From Amoebophrya sp. A120 (lineage: Eukaryota; Protista; Dinoflagellata), in the NCBI GenBank assembly GCA_905178155.1, contig CAJINV010000004.1, forward strand, positions 6,426,828-6,490,827: a stretch of DNA of 64,000 nucleotides. Reading direction: 5' to 3'. Both the position numbers and the translations under genes were made by a program. Every line of letters starts with the position of its first letter. The stretch's first letter is position 1. Shown one piece after another: positions 1 through 12,017 of the stretch. The notes below the pieces were generated by a model. The model saw only the letters and a program-made list of their open reading frames with translations. It searched no databases and was not told the origin of the DNA.

Positions 1-780
1 GCGGCACTGGTGCTCCTTCTTGCGTGCTGACGGCGCCCGCGGTACTAGCTGCGGCATCACCAGGTCGGCTCGCCCAGACCTCCGGACCGCTGGCCCGTCG
101 GTCGCCGGCTTCCTGACGTGGTTTTTGTTGATAATGATAGGCGGCCTGGTGGCGGGGTTGGCTGTAATTATTGCTATACCCGTGTTGATGAAAATGAAAA
201 TCCAGCCCGTGTGAAGGTTCAGGTTGTGTAGTTGTACTCTGCAGCCCGGAGGCATTGATGTGGTGCCATGGAACAGGTGCAACATCCTGTCCTCCTTGTT
301 CCGGCCAGCCGTGGGCGGCGCCACTGGTGCTACCCGCATCATGGCCGCTCCAACTATGCCACCCCGCTGCCGCTGGCAAGGATCCCGTGCTTCCCGCATG
401 AGCCGATGGTGCCGGGTGGTCATTTTGAAGATCCTCGCCTCTTTCAAATGCTCTTCTCCGACTCACATAATCATCATAGTGCCAGCCCCGCGGAGCCTCC
501 TCGTGCCCGTGCGTCTGCCTGGTCTGCCTCTGCGGAAAGGTCGTCCAACTGTTGCTCGCGCTTCTGGGCGCCAGACTGGGGCGCCAGTTGCTCCCCCGAC
601 TCGTCCTGGGCGCTTGTTCTCTCTTATCTACTGGGCGCCACCGCAAGACTAAATCCCTGCCTCTTCTACCAGCGCTCCCCGTTTGTTCACCCTGACGACC
701 AGGTGGATTGTACACGGCTGCTCCTTCCCCTAAAAGGGTGCGTTGCAGTCCCACCAATGCCAAAAGTGCGCAACCTCGGG
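1..780 (-). CDS. possible low-complexity coding segment, runs off window edge
   Basis: Stop-free minus-strand frame of about 260 codons continuing past position 1; no clear start codon or recognisable domain. Confidence 0.3.
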
Positions 781-1992
781 TTATAGAGGTTTTTCGTCGT
801 GAAGAAAACATTTTGAGTTTCGTTAGTGGTGCGTCAAGTACAGAAAATTACAAGTTTGCAAATCAAATTGGTACAGATTTGGAGATGTATACTCCTTGAA
901 ATTCGGTGACAATACTTTATGAGAAAACGCAAAACACAGACCAAAAAAAGGTCATGCAGCCTGTGATTAAACCAATTTGTCAATAATCAAAGCGTCGTGG
1001 GTAACAAGAACAACTCCCACCTGATGTTGTATGGCCCTTCCTGTTTTACTCCTGAAACCTCCACTCATAAAGATCATCTCGCACAGAGCTCATCATCTCC
1101 CTCATGAACCAGACCCGGTGCGCTTGATTTGTAGCATTTATAAGAGCAGCAACACTCTGTTACTGAGCCGGAGGAGGATCCAATTGATCGAAGAAGTCTG
1201 TTCTGTCGTTTCATCTGATTTTTCCAGTGCACGGTTTTCGCTGTATTTCTCTCGATCTAATTCCGCCATCCGTCGTCCCTCATTTACATCTTCCAGATGA
1301 ACATAATCGCCGTCCTTTGACAGCACAAGTTGTAGCAGGTCTGCATTTGATCTCTGCACGGAGCCGCTAATTCGGCCGCTTAAAATCTTCTGTTTCGAAA
1401 ATAAATCTGAAGAAGAGTGCTGTCGCTAGATTTTCATCGTTTCATCTACCGGTGATTCATTCTGCCATCGTACAGGAAACCTGAATTGTGCTGAACGAAG
1501 TTGCTTTCATCTCGAGGACATGTCGTTCAAGAACGCTGTCGTGCTGTCGCTGTATGTTTTTTCTTCGCGGTGAGCATCCATCTGTCGGTTACAGGTCTGG
1601 TAACATGCATCAAGCAGAACGATTGTATTATCCTCCTACAGTTCCTTCCTACTTGTAGCGGTGCTCGTAAGGATCTTGCCAAGTCACACTGTATCTATAC
1701 TTGTTGTACCTAAAACTTTCGAACCACAACTACCAGATTCACTCGTAACTCGTCGTCGATTCGTTTTTACAACTGCCGATTTCAGGTGGTAGTCAGCCAA
1801 GATTTGAAGCTTTTTTGAAACCGTATCATTTGAGAAACTCAAGTTTTTCGAAAGTTATCTGAACCGCACGACTTTTACTTTTTCTACTGCCAGCACACAC
1901 CGTAGGCTTCGTTCCGCACACACGTCATAGGGTGTAGTCAATCGCTAGTACCGCGGCTCTACTACTACTTACAACGCTCTACTTACCGCATC

Positions 1993-2958
1993 TCACAGCT
2001 CCTGCCCGGAAGTTGTTGCAAACGATCTATTACCGCTTATTTTCCGGCCGGATTGTAGAAACAAAACCACACAAACATGCCGCTCCTCGTACACTTCCTC
2101 ACCCGACTCGTTCCTCCGCCTACTGCTTGCGAACACATCCGCAGCTGCCTCGGACTCGAGCCCGCATCTCTCCCCAGCGTACACGCCGACCGCGAGCTCC
2201 TGAAACGATTGCTGCAGGGAGAGAACCGCCGGTCGGTGCGCGTCGGACTTCAGCCATTGGGACAGACACCGGTACGCAAGGTCGGACGGACTGGTGTTTT
2301 GTAACAGTGTTTGCCGGTCCGAGTCCTGAACCGGAGTAGCTGGAGGGCTCGGCGGAGCATTCGGGTTTTGGCCTTGTTGATGCTGCGTCCTCGCAGCGGG
2401 AACACCACTAAGTGACCGCAGGACGACCTGGTCGCAGAACAGCTCGCTGTACTCGGAAAGCTGAGGTTGACCTCCTGCTTGTCCTCCTGCACTAGTAGAT
2501 CCTGAACTACTAGTACCACTTCCCCAGTACGCTTCCCGATCCGCGGGGCTCAGGTGCTCAAACGCCTTTTTCCCGGTCGCCAGGTCGCGCGCATAGTTGA
2601 AAGCTTTTTCTTGCAGAACGGTCGGGCTCCAGCTCAGCGCCGCGGCGGAGCGGACGCGAACCGCGGGCTGCTCGTGGTCCTGCGAAGAGGGGGAAGATAT
2701 TGCTCCAGCTGCTCGTCCCTGGGAATGATCGGGGTTGTGCAGTGCGTGAAAATTTTCGTCCCGCTGCAGCTGCGCCCGCAGGCCGTTCAGTAGCTTCTTC
2801 ACGCCCTGTCCCACCTCGTGGGACGCAAGCCAAGCGTTGTTGGGCAGATACCAGGTCGTGGATGTTGTGCCGCTGCCAACATCGTCTCCCTGATCAAGAT
2901 CGAAAACCAGACCGGCCTCCAACCCGGCGCGACCCCGGTCGCGGCAGAAAACCCACAT
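1993..2958 (-). CDS. CAP/SCP (PR-1/YkwD-like) domain-containing coding segment; may be the last exon of the upstream gene
   Basis: VKKLLNGLRAQ...LSWSPTVLQEKAFNYARDLA...FEH and CLSQWLKSDAHRPAVL...FQELAVGVY resemble CAP motifs (LVN..R, L.W...L...A..HA.DM, W..S.GHR.NIL..F..IGVG), with long insertions. Frame stays open to a TTCCAG near 3021. Confidence 0.55.
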   Translation of the reverse strand: MWVFCRDRGRAGLEAGLVFDLDQGDDVGSGTTSTTWYLPNNAWLASHEVGQGVKKLLNGLRAQLQRDENFHALHNPDHSQGRAAGAISSPSSQDHEQPAVRVRSAAALSWSPTVLQEKAFNYARDLATGKKAFEHLSPADREAYWGSGTSSSGSTSAGGQAGGQPQLSEYSELFCDQVVLRSLSGVPAARTQHQQGQNPNAPPSPPATPVQDSDRQTLLQNTSPSDLAYRCLSQWLKSDAHRPAVLSLQQSFQELAVGVYAGERCGLESEAAADVFASSRRRNESGEEVYEERHVCVVLFLQSGRKISGNRSFATTSGQEL

Positions 2959-3090
2959 TTGCTCGGTGCTGCGCTCCGGTTGCAGCTCTTTCAGCTTCGA
3001 CCTGTTTTTGATAAAGTTTGCTGGAAGTAGAACAGATAACTCGGTTAGGGAGATGACAAAAGCAAAAGGTAGTTGCGATTTTTATGCAAG

Positions 3091-6000
3091 TCACAACACA
3101 AGACAGGGAAGCGAAATAAGGGCCTGAGAACTACAAACGCCACACGACACGCTGTTTTTGTAGCAATAAAGCGAACTAAAGTGTATTCTTCTGTTAGCAG
3201 ATTCGAATGTCACAAAAGTTGTCGTAGAACAGTAGTAGAACTCTGTCCAGTAGTACATGAGGTTCCGGTTAAAAAGCATCGCAGGCGGCGGGTGGATCAG
3301 CATGTTATTCACCACGGGACACTTCTCGGAAAACTGCGAAGTTTCTGCATCCACCGCTTCCACCACCGGTTTTTGCCAGTACACGTGCGGCAAATCCAAA
3401 ATCTCCACCTCCGCCGGCACCTCCTCGCTGTTCTCGTGCACAATCGATTGCAGGTCCAGTGGCTTGGTCAGCGTTCGTTCCAGGTCGGTAACCGTAAAAG
3501 CGATTTTATTTTTGTCCTTCGGAAAAATGTTCAACATCTTCTGATCAGCTACACGACCACCTGAGGTGGGACCACCACCTCCGCTGGCAGCTTTCCCCTG
3601 GTTCATCAACAACCCCTGTTCCGTATTTGTTCCGCGCTCATGATCCCTGTGCAGATGCATTTCCAGCACCGCGTCGGTGGTTCCGCTGGAAACCTGGTCC
3701 ACCCACTTTCCCTGCGGCGTGCTGGCGTTCCGCAGCGGCTGCAGGGCGGCGAAAATGAAGACGGAAAGCACCAGGCCGAACCAGAGCAGGAACCCGACCG
3801 TGGACAAAAACCGGCCGTACTGGCTCCGCCACGCCACCTCGTGCGGGTTCAGCTCCAGTGGGCGCAACGGGGGCGGCAAAACCAACGCCACGAACTTCCG
3901 CCGGGCCGGCACCGTGTACCGCTCGTCGCGGGGCGAGCGCCGGCACTCCTTCAGGAGGTTCAACTTTTGCTCCAAATACATCTCGTGCGAGTGCTGCTTG
4001 TCGTGCTCCTTCGGGCTGCTGTTGTGCCCCCCCGTACCATGGCCGTCGCCGCCCTCCCCGGCGGCCAAGCTCAGCGCCGTCGCTTTCAAGTGCCCCGGGT
4101 GCGCGTCCCGGTACTCCGAGTAGCTCTGCCACGGGGGCGAGAAGGGGAACGCGCCGAACCAACTGTCGCTGGTGCTGGTCATTGACACTGGATTAGTCTT
4201 GTCGGCAGCTCCTGCGTTATTATTTGTCGTTGTGGACGAAGTTCTTGTCGTTGTGCCATCTTCTTCCTCTCGTCCTGTCAAGGCGGGAAGACCTCCATGA
4301 TTTGTCACCACCGACCCGCTGCGGCTCTTCCGCGGCGGCGCGGGCATCAGGCTGGGGCTCCGGTACTCCTCGGGGTCGACGGTCAGTATAGCCCGCTCAG
4401 GTGTTACAATCTCAAACGTTGCCATAGAGTATGGAAGTCTGTGATGCAAGAGTGCATGATCTAGCCAACTCTCATGGGATTGCGCATGGCAAGTTCCGGA
4501 GCCCCAAACCCCACTACAATCTGGCGAAATTTGTATTGCAAAGGTGGAACGCTGTGCGAGTCTGTCATGCTCATCATGCAACACAAATTCCAGATTCTAT
4601 TGTAACGTTTGAGATTGTAACGCTTGAGCAAGTCATAGTCAGCGCCGCGCGGTTCTGGAACCAGTCGTACATGAAAGTCGCGTATCAAGTGCAAAAATGT
4701 CTGGGTCTGGAAGAGTGCGAGTTTGTCATGCTTGTCTCGCGTGACTCTTAAATTTGTCACGCACATTACCCAAGAGCCCCATAATTTCTCTGTCATGCAG
4801 AAACGCAGTTTGTCACGCAGAAGAGGCAACACCGAGAAGCTCAGAAACTTGTCATGCTGAGCCAGCACTCGCGGCCTTCTCATGATACGCCACCCAGCAT
4901 CACAAATTTCCAGACCCAGACATATTTGCATTTCATATCGCGCGCGCCTGCGCGTGCGCCGTCATCTGCAGCATCTCGTCCACGGCGGCGGAGCTCAACG
5001 TCCGCAGTATCCTGTGTAAAAACGTCCCCATCCCATGATGGTCAAGTTGCTCAATCTGCAACACAAATCTCCAAGCTTTGGGATTTGTGCATGACAAGTT
5101 CCATCTGCAGTCTAGTGCTGGTTAGTAAGGGCGGTCGCATGAGAAAGCCACTTTCTCACCCTGGGTACAGCATTACAAATTCCAAAACACGATTGGGAAA
5201 GCCTCTGATGGAGATGCGCATTACAAATGTTCCCGTCCGTGCACATCTGCATGACAACTCTGGGGTTGGGACGATTTTACATTTAATACGCAGTCCCTCG
5301 GCCACGGAGCGCGCGGCGCTGGACGCGTACTCCCGCGCGGTGGTGGTGGGCGAGTAGCTCCCGTTGCTGATCTATCGACTACAAAAGTGTCTGGGTTTGG
5401 AAGGTTGCAACTTGCAATGCTAGCTCTCCATAGCATACCTAGGAAATCTGTATTGCATAGCCAACAAAATAAGTCGCAGCCTCTTTTGTACACGCAAAAA
5501 CTACGCAGTTTCTCATGCGGCTTTCCTATGAGAAAGCGTTCTGAAAAGTTGCCATGCTGTGTTCCATTCGCAACTGTTTCCATCATCCACGTTTTAGCAT
5601 CACAAGCTTCCAGGAGACCCAGACATTTTTGCAATCCATATGATCGACACCATGGACACCACGTCGCGGAAGTGCACCCGTCGGTTCGTCAAAAAGTCCT
5701 CGTTCTGGCTGTAGTCGACAAACACCCGGCCGTCCGGACTCTCCGAGCTCCCCAGCATCGGGTTGCCACCACGGACGCTCGTCGACGTCTCCCGGCTCGG
5801 GGTCGAGCTGTCATCTTCCTCCAGTAAGTCGCTGCTGTTTTCGTCGTTTGTCTGTTGGAACCAGGCGTGGCCCGGCGTCACAAACCCAAGGTCGCTCGTG
5901 TCATCGAACCGGTTTGTTTGATGACCGCCGTTTTCTTCCCTCGCGGGGTCGTCCATGTGAAGTAGATCTTCGCCCCCGCGGCGCAAGAGAAGATTGCCTT

Positions 6001-7604
6001 CCTCCGCATCATCATGTTCAACATCTTGAAACAGGTTTTTAATATTTTCCTCAACTGCTTTTTCATTTTTCAAATGCTCGGGCAGTGTCTCCGGGTCCCA
6101 CTCCACCAGCTCCCCCTGCATCCGCCCCTCAGCCCGCTCGCGCGCGGCCCACTTGCCCCACGCCTGCACTTCCTCCGGCTCCATGTGGGAGTGCGTGCCC
6201 ACCATGCGCGTTATCAACGCTTCGTCTTCCGGCCTGAAAGAAGGTATAAAAAATTTATTTCAACTTCTTGATCTTCTTCAGGGACTACTGTATTCTAAAA
6301 CACTTTCAGCACTTACACCTCATGGCTTGTTCTAGTTCTACTGCTTGAAAATCTTATTTTCAGCACAACAAGGCTCCCAACTACACCGATCACTGCTTCC
6401 CGCAGTTGTTGACCAACTCCAACATCATTGTTGTAGTAAATGAAAACTATAACCATAGATAAACTATACAGCAATTCCCCCCCGTTCGTAAATTCTTGAA
6501 TTTCCTGTTTGGTTTTGGGGTCCTGCAGGATTTTTTTCGTTTCCGCCAGTGCTTTCTCAAATGCAAAAGTGTCTGGGTCTGGAAGATTGCTACATTTGTG
6601 ATGCATGTCTGACATGACTCAAGAATCTGTGATGCATGGGCGCCAAACGGTCTTCTTACCTGTCATGCAAAAACGCAGCTTGCCATGCGGAACACGCAAC
6701 ACATGGGAGCCCAAAAATTTGTCATGCGTGGCTCCGTATTGCAGTGGAACTCTCATTCACTTTTAGCATTACAAGTTTCCAGACCCAGACACATTTGCAA
6801 TGCATACGCTTTCTCCTTGTGTTTCGCCTCCTGTCGCTCCCGGCGGCGCCTGGCTTTCTCCTTCTTGGCCAATTTTGCGATCCTCTCCTGCTCCAGTCGG
6901 GCTGCGGCTTCGGCCGTAGTAGTTCTTGAGGTAGAAGACTCCTGTAGTCCCGCCACGGTACTGCTACTGGTTATCATACCGCTTGTTAAACCCTCCTCCG
7001 AGAGGACGGAGGAAGAGGACTCTCGGGACAAAACCGAGTCCGCACTGACGCTTACCCCTCGCGCCGCCGAGGCTGCTGCGCCCGGCAGAAGGTCGCGCTC
7101 GTGGTCCGCCTCCTCGGGCGCGGCTGACGGAGATGGTTCAGCTGGTACTTCTTTTCCTACTATTCGTTCGTGAACATCAAGAAGACCGGCAGCTTCATCC
7201 ACCGCCGGCTCAAAAGATGAGGTGTTCCTAGGCCCAGGAACAACGGGCGGTGCGTTGTAGATGCTTGTATCCTCCTCAACGACAGTGTCGTTTTTGTTAC
7301 CGTTTTTGCAACTAGCGGCCTCTCCCTCCGGGTGAACTTGTACCTTTTCAGCAGCGGTGGCGGAGGCGGAAGTAGGTGTCGCATTTATTCTAGTGGAAGA
7401 AACCATTGTTGCGTTCTTGCTGCCCTTGACGCTGTTTGTTGCAAGAACCGCCGCTTGTTCTACGTTTCCACCGTCTGCGCTGCTTTCGGAGGAGGAGGAG
7501 GAGGAGTGATCTCCGCTCGAGGTTGTTTTCCGCATCGGGTCGAGGCGAACGAGTCGAGAAAACTTTTCGTCTTCCGTCGCCGCTGCTGTTAGATAATTGT
7601 CCAC
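3091..7604 (-). CDS. multi-exon hypothetical membrane protein
   Basis: ORF segments join in frame after removing introners (e.g. QNRAAL-TVDPEEY, KEKA-LAETKK); one hydrophobic TM segment (FLSTVGFLLWFGLVLSVFIFAAL). Both ends uncertain. Confidence 0.6.
4387..4637. mobile_element. introner, singleton family I
   Basis: TAT...ATA ends; TIR core GTTACAATCTCAAACGTT; TSD GTCAG on both sides. Confidence 0.9.
4683..4937. mobile_element. introner, family A
   Basis: TIR core TGTCTGGGTCTGGAA; TSD TCGCG. Confidence 0.92.
5008..5288. mobile_element. introner, family B
   Basis: TIR core GTAAAAACGTCCCCA; TSD CGCAG. Confidence 0.92.
5373..5640. mobile_element. introner, family A
   Basis: Family A TIRs; TSD TGATC. 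Confidence 0.9.
6555..6806. mobile_element. introner, family A
   Basis: Family A TIRs, left end TCT variant; TSD TGCTT/CGCTT. Confidence 0.88.
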
Positions 7605-8702
7605 CTCGGCCGAAGTTAATCGAGTCGGATAAAATCTACCCGACGTAGAAGTTCGCGACGTGCGGAGTTAGGGCGCTTACTAACTCACTTTTAGGGGGGT
7701 AGGTGGAATTGCAAAGCCGACAGGGTGGGTCAAATCGTCGCGCTGCTGGGGTTTACAGACATTAAACCAGGATTTGCTTCTCGAACAACTTTTGGGAAGG
7801 GTAAAAAAATTATCTGGGTTTTACGTTTAGACGTCAAAACGCACAACGTGCGAGTAGCGATATCGATATCGTTAAAATTGTCTGGGTAATACAGTGTAAA
7901 ATCAGCGTAAAACTAGCGCTTATTTTTCTACGAATTTTTTTTCCTCACTAAGAAGGGAGATGAACGGTGTCCGAATCAAATAGATGTTTCTTCAAGGGGT
8001 AGTATTTGTTTCTAGTACTCTTACTTTTCTAGACAACTTTCAAAAGAACATCAACATAGGTAGTTGGTAACAAATCTCTACTTGTATCTGGGGGTAAATA
8101 TAATCATCTGTCAGCTCTATTAATGTCACATCTTTTTTGTCTACTTTTCATGGTTCAATGAGGTCCTGTCGTTTTTTTTGGGAGGAGAAATGGAAAATTG
8201 AAAAAAAAAAATGTCCGCCGAAAAACCAAACTGATAGAAAACAACTTGTAGATCCAGCAAGCTTTCAAATGTGCGGACCGTGTACTGAAATTAATTTCCC
8301 GACTTGATGCATGTGCGCACGTCTACTTCCGGATCCGATTTGATTGGATTTCGCTTGTTACTTTAGGAGCAAAATACGCGATCGTATGTTGTATTTTTGT
8401 TTTCATAAACCGATGACTTCGTTCAGATCGTGACAGAAATTTTCTCAATTTTGGAATGATGTCCAGTTGCAACAGAAGTTATTTGCATATCCTGATCGGA
8501 ATTTTGTACTTTGAAATGGAATTCTCCTGTATGCGTTTTCTACAAATGTGTTCTTCGAATCGCGTTCTTCGCCAGGTGAGAATATTCAGGGTTTGCTTAT
8601 TTCCGTGGATAACAAATGCGCATCCTCTTCTCTGTATACTAAAGTACCTGGTGGCGTACTAGCATCAACAAACAATTGCAATAATCGTCCGCCTAACCAA
8701 CT

Positions 8703-11314
8703 CTATGCCCCTAGATTTCCGGCGTTGACCTTGAAAAACATTTCTGCGATCAGAACCGCGTTCAAGGCCGCGCCGCGGAGTAGCTGATCGCCGACGACAA
8801 AAAACTCAATTCCGTTGTCAAAAACCTCGCTCTTGCGGATGCGGCCGACCTGAAAATTATGATTTACGGCAATGTAGAGTTTCTGTTTCGATCTGCAATA
8901 ATAGTGCATGACAAACTGGTTTTAAAGAACTTGTCCTCATCCAGTACTACTTACAACACCAAAGCAACAGACTTGACTTCCTCAAAAGTACCGTCGCAGG
9001 CCAAAATTGGCTGATTGTGTACTTGATGTGAAGAAGATGAAGATGAATGCAAACTGAATCTATGTCTGTACCTGCACTTTGTCCTTGTTCGCGGCGAACA
9101 CGGGCATGGGGTACTCGTTTTCGTCGAGATTGTCCACGACGTCTATCATATGTAAAAACGTCCACACCCCATAATCAAGATGGGGAATCGGCTAGACAAG
9201 TCCACGAGTTTTGGCTGTTTCGCATGACAAATTTGGCACCGCAGTGTAGTGCTGTTTGAGGTAGTTCGGCAGCATCACAGATCTAGTATATCATGCTGAT
9301 TGGCGCATTACAAATTCCAAAACACGACTAGAGACTGCCTCTCATGTGTCTCCGCATGAGAAACATTCTCAGCATGCAGATTTGCATGACAACTCTGGGG
9401 TGGGGACGTTTACACAGGATAACGTCAAAGACGAACTCGTCCGCTTTCTCCGTCAACAACGAGCGAGCATTTTCCGCATTCACTACCGGATTTCCTCCCC
9501 CATCCTCAAACTCCAGCACCACCGTCATTGCGTGGGCCCGCATGGTATCCTGTGCAAAAGTATCGCACTCGTAGTAATTGCAGTCATGCATAACAAATTT
9601 TTTTCTGAAGCTAAATCCGCATTACAGATTTTATTTCTCATGCTGAGGAAACTTGTAATGCATTTATACGAGTACGATACTTTTGCAATGCATACATGGT
9701 GGGCACGCGCACCGCAGTGCAGCTGATCTTCATGTCGTCTCCCGCACCGAGGATTTTTTTCGTTTCCCAGGACACCTTCATCTCTTCTTTGGTGTAGCCG
9801 TTCGGCTGCGGCTTGTCGATGTGGGGGATGGCGTATGGGAGTAAACAACTCCCCGTCCCCCTCAAATGTATCGCTTGAACAGCAATACAAACACTAGAAC
9901 CCGTGGCGTCGATGCATGACAAATCTATGTAGTTCTGTTTAGGCAGCTTCCAGAATCTGTCATGCCAACAGTGCAACAAGGCAGCGAGAGCGACTGGGTT
10001 TGGAATTTTGCAGGACAAATGAGGGAGAGGACGGCGAGTTGTGCATTGTCATATCACGTTGCCGATCAGTGGGTGGGCGAAATCGTTCTTGGTCACGCCC
10101 CGCTTTTGCTGCACCGCGTTGTTCTCCTTGTAGTGGTCGTGGACAATTTGGTACAGTGGGTCATCTACTTCCGATTGTTCTTCCACTTTCTTCTTCTTCT
10201 CCAGTGAATTTTTCTCCCCGTACAGCGTCATCTGCTCCTCCAGTATCCAGGAAAAAAAACTGTGTAAGTGTAACTTTGTAGGAAAACAGCATCACAAGTT
10301 CGTTTTGCATTACAGGGAAAACCTGTCATGCCCAGCTAGCACATGGAAACACGCATGAAAGTTGCCGATGATGCACATCCAGCATGACAAGCTTATACTA
10401 TTTTGCATTTCCTGCATCACAGACTTACACTTACACAGTCTTTTTCTTGCATATCCAGCTCCTCCATCCCCCCCTTCCCGGCCCCCGACGCCGCCTGGTA
10501 CGTCGACACCAGCATCCTCTTGATTTTTCCGAATTGCTGGGTCAGCGGCGCGATGATCAGCGCCATAATCGCCGTCGTGCAGTTCGGGTTCGCGATCAAA
10601 ACGTTTTTCTTCAAATCGTATTTTTTCTCCTTATTCAAAAGGAGATCCCGCTCCCCGTTGATCTCCGGGACGATAAGGGGGATATTCTCGTCGTACCGAA
10701 AAGCGGAGCTGTATGAATTGCAAAAGTGTCTGGGTCTGGATGAATGCAAGTCTGTCATGCTTGTCTGGCATGCCTCGAGAATCTGTGTTGCATAGGCACG
10801 AAAAGGCCCTCTTCCCTGTCATGCAAAAACGCAGTTTGCAATGCGGAATACGTAAGACATGGCAGCCAAGAAATTTGTCATGCATAGCTGCGTATGGCAG
10901 TGCGTCTATCATACACTTTTAGCACTACAAGTTACCAGACCCAGACATATTTGCATTTCATAAGCTGTTGTCGATGACGATCAAGTCCGGATTCAGTTTG
11001 TGTAACTGGGGAACATATTCCTTCGCCCAATCGCCGGAGGTTGCGAGCAGCACGACGTTGCAGGTGTTCGCCACTTCCTCCGTGTTGTACTCGGTAATCG
11101 TGAGGAAAGGCGTATTGTCGTCGGCTTTCAAGTTTTCCGTTTTCACTTTCTTCCCCGCACTGCGCCCACTGGCGTAGAGCTTTACGGTTAGATTTGGAAG
11201 GTTCTTCTTATCGAAAAGCTTCACCATCTCCATCCCGACCGCGCCCGTCGCGCCGACAATGCCGACGGTGATGGACGTTGCCGTTTGCGCCAGCGAGGAA
11301 GGGGGGCTTACCAT
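8703..11314 (-). CDS. asd: aspartate-semialdehyde dehydrogenase (5 introners plus 1 GT-AG intron at 8850-9071)
   Basis: Spliced product has [28 protein letters not shown] (catalytic Cys), [36 protein letters not shown] and [12 protein letters not shown]. Confidence 0.96.
9144..9421. mobile_element. introner, family B
   Basis: TSD ACGTC; removal restores FDVVDN. Confidence 0.92.
9546..9694. mobile_element. introner, family C
   Basis: TIR core GCAAAAGTATCG(C/T)ACTCGTA; TSD CATGG; restores VRVPTMRAH. Confidence 0.92.
9834..10053. mobile_element. introner, family D
   Basis: TIR core ACAACTCCCCGTC...CTCA; diverged TSD TGGCG/TCACG; restores NVIPHID. Confidence 0.88.
10244..10453. mobile_element. 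introner, singleton family H
   Basis: TIR core AAAAACTGTGTAAGTGTAA; TSD TCCAG; restores GMEELEEQ. Confidence 0.9.
10712..10962. mobile_element. introner, family A
   Basis: TSD AGCTG; restores DNSSAFR. Confidence 0.93.
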
Positions 11315-12017
11315 GGCTGGCGATTTTTGCAAGAAAGAGGCGAAGGAGATAGTAAAGGGTAGAGATGTAGTGAAGAGAAAAACTGTGCGAAAAAAAAGCA
11401 TTAAGTTGCGTTTGCGTTTTTTTTTTAGTTGTCGTGCTATGGGTACTACACCGCCCGAGGGGATTCGATTTTGGTGCGTGGCACCTAAGTACGTCGTGGA
11501 GCAGAGAAATCGATCGGAATTGTTGTTAGCTTAAGCTTTCCTTACCTTCGAAGATTAGACCATGAAACTAACAGGCGTGCCTTTTTTGGTGCAAAAAAAG
11601 TGCGATCAAAAGAGGTGAGAAAAAGCGAGAGCTCAAAAACGGCGATCATCAGCTGAGGATCTTGTTCGGGGATCTCTTCCTCTTCTTTTAAAACCAAAAA
11701 TGCAGCAAGACCTCGACGAACAGCGCAACGCCACCAAAAGCGCGAAACCATCAATGAATGTTCGCTAATGTCAATTCCACACTGAATTCTCGAAAACATC
11801 AGGCACCACAGCCCGAAAATTGCATCAAACCTGTTCGAAACTCCTGAATTCTCGAGAGCAGCTCAGCGAATTGATTATCAAGTCTGACTATATTCTTTTG
11901 AAAAAGAACCGGTTAATAAGTAGATGTATTCTCGACAGAAAACAAGAACCTCCACAAAGACCCCTCGTAGACAACTAGACGCAGCCCGACACAGTGAAGA
12001 ACTTCTGTCTCTCCCCA

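Noticed and set aside
4383-4641. 3-bp TSD with variable terminal bases (CACTA-like reading)
   Set aside because: The apparently variable bases match on both sides at nearly all sites, so the duplication is 5 bp; the termini are TAT/ATA, not CACTA.
8703-11314. asd and other interrupted genes as transposon-killed pseudogenes
   Set aside because: Exons keep intact motifs with no stops or frameshifts despite several insertions of different ages.
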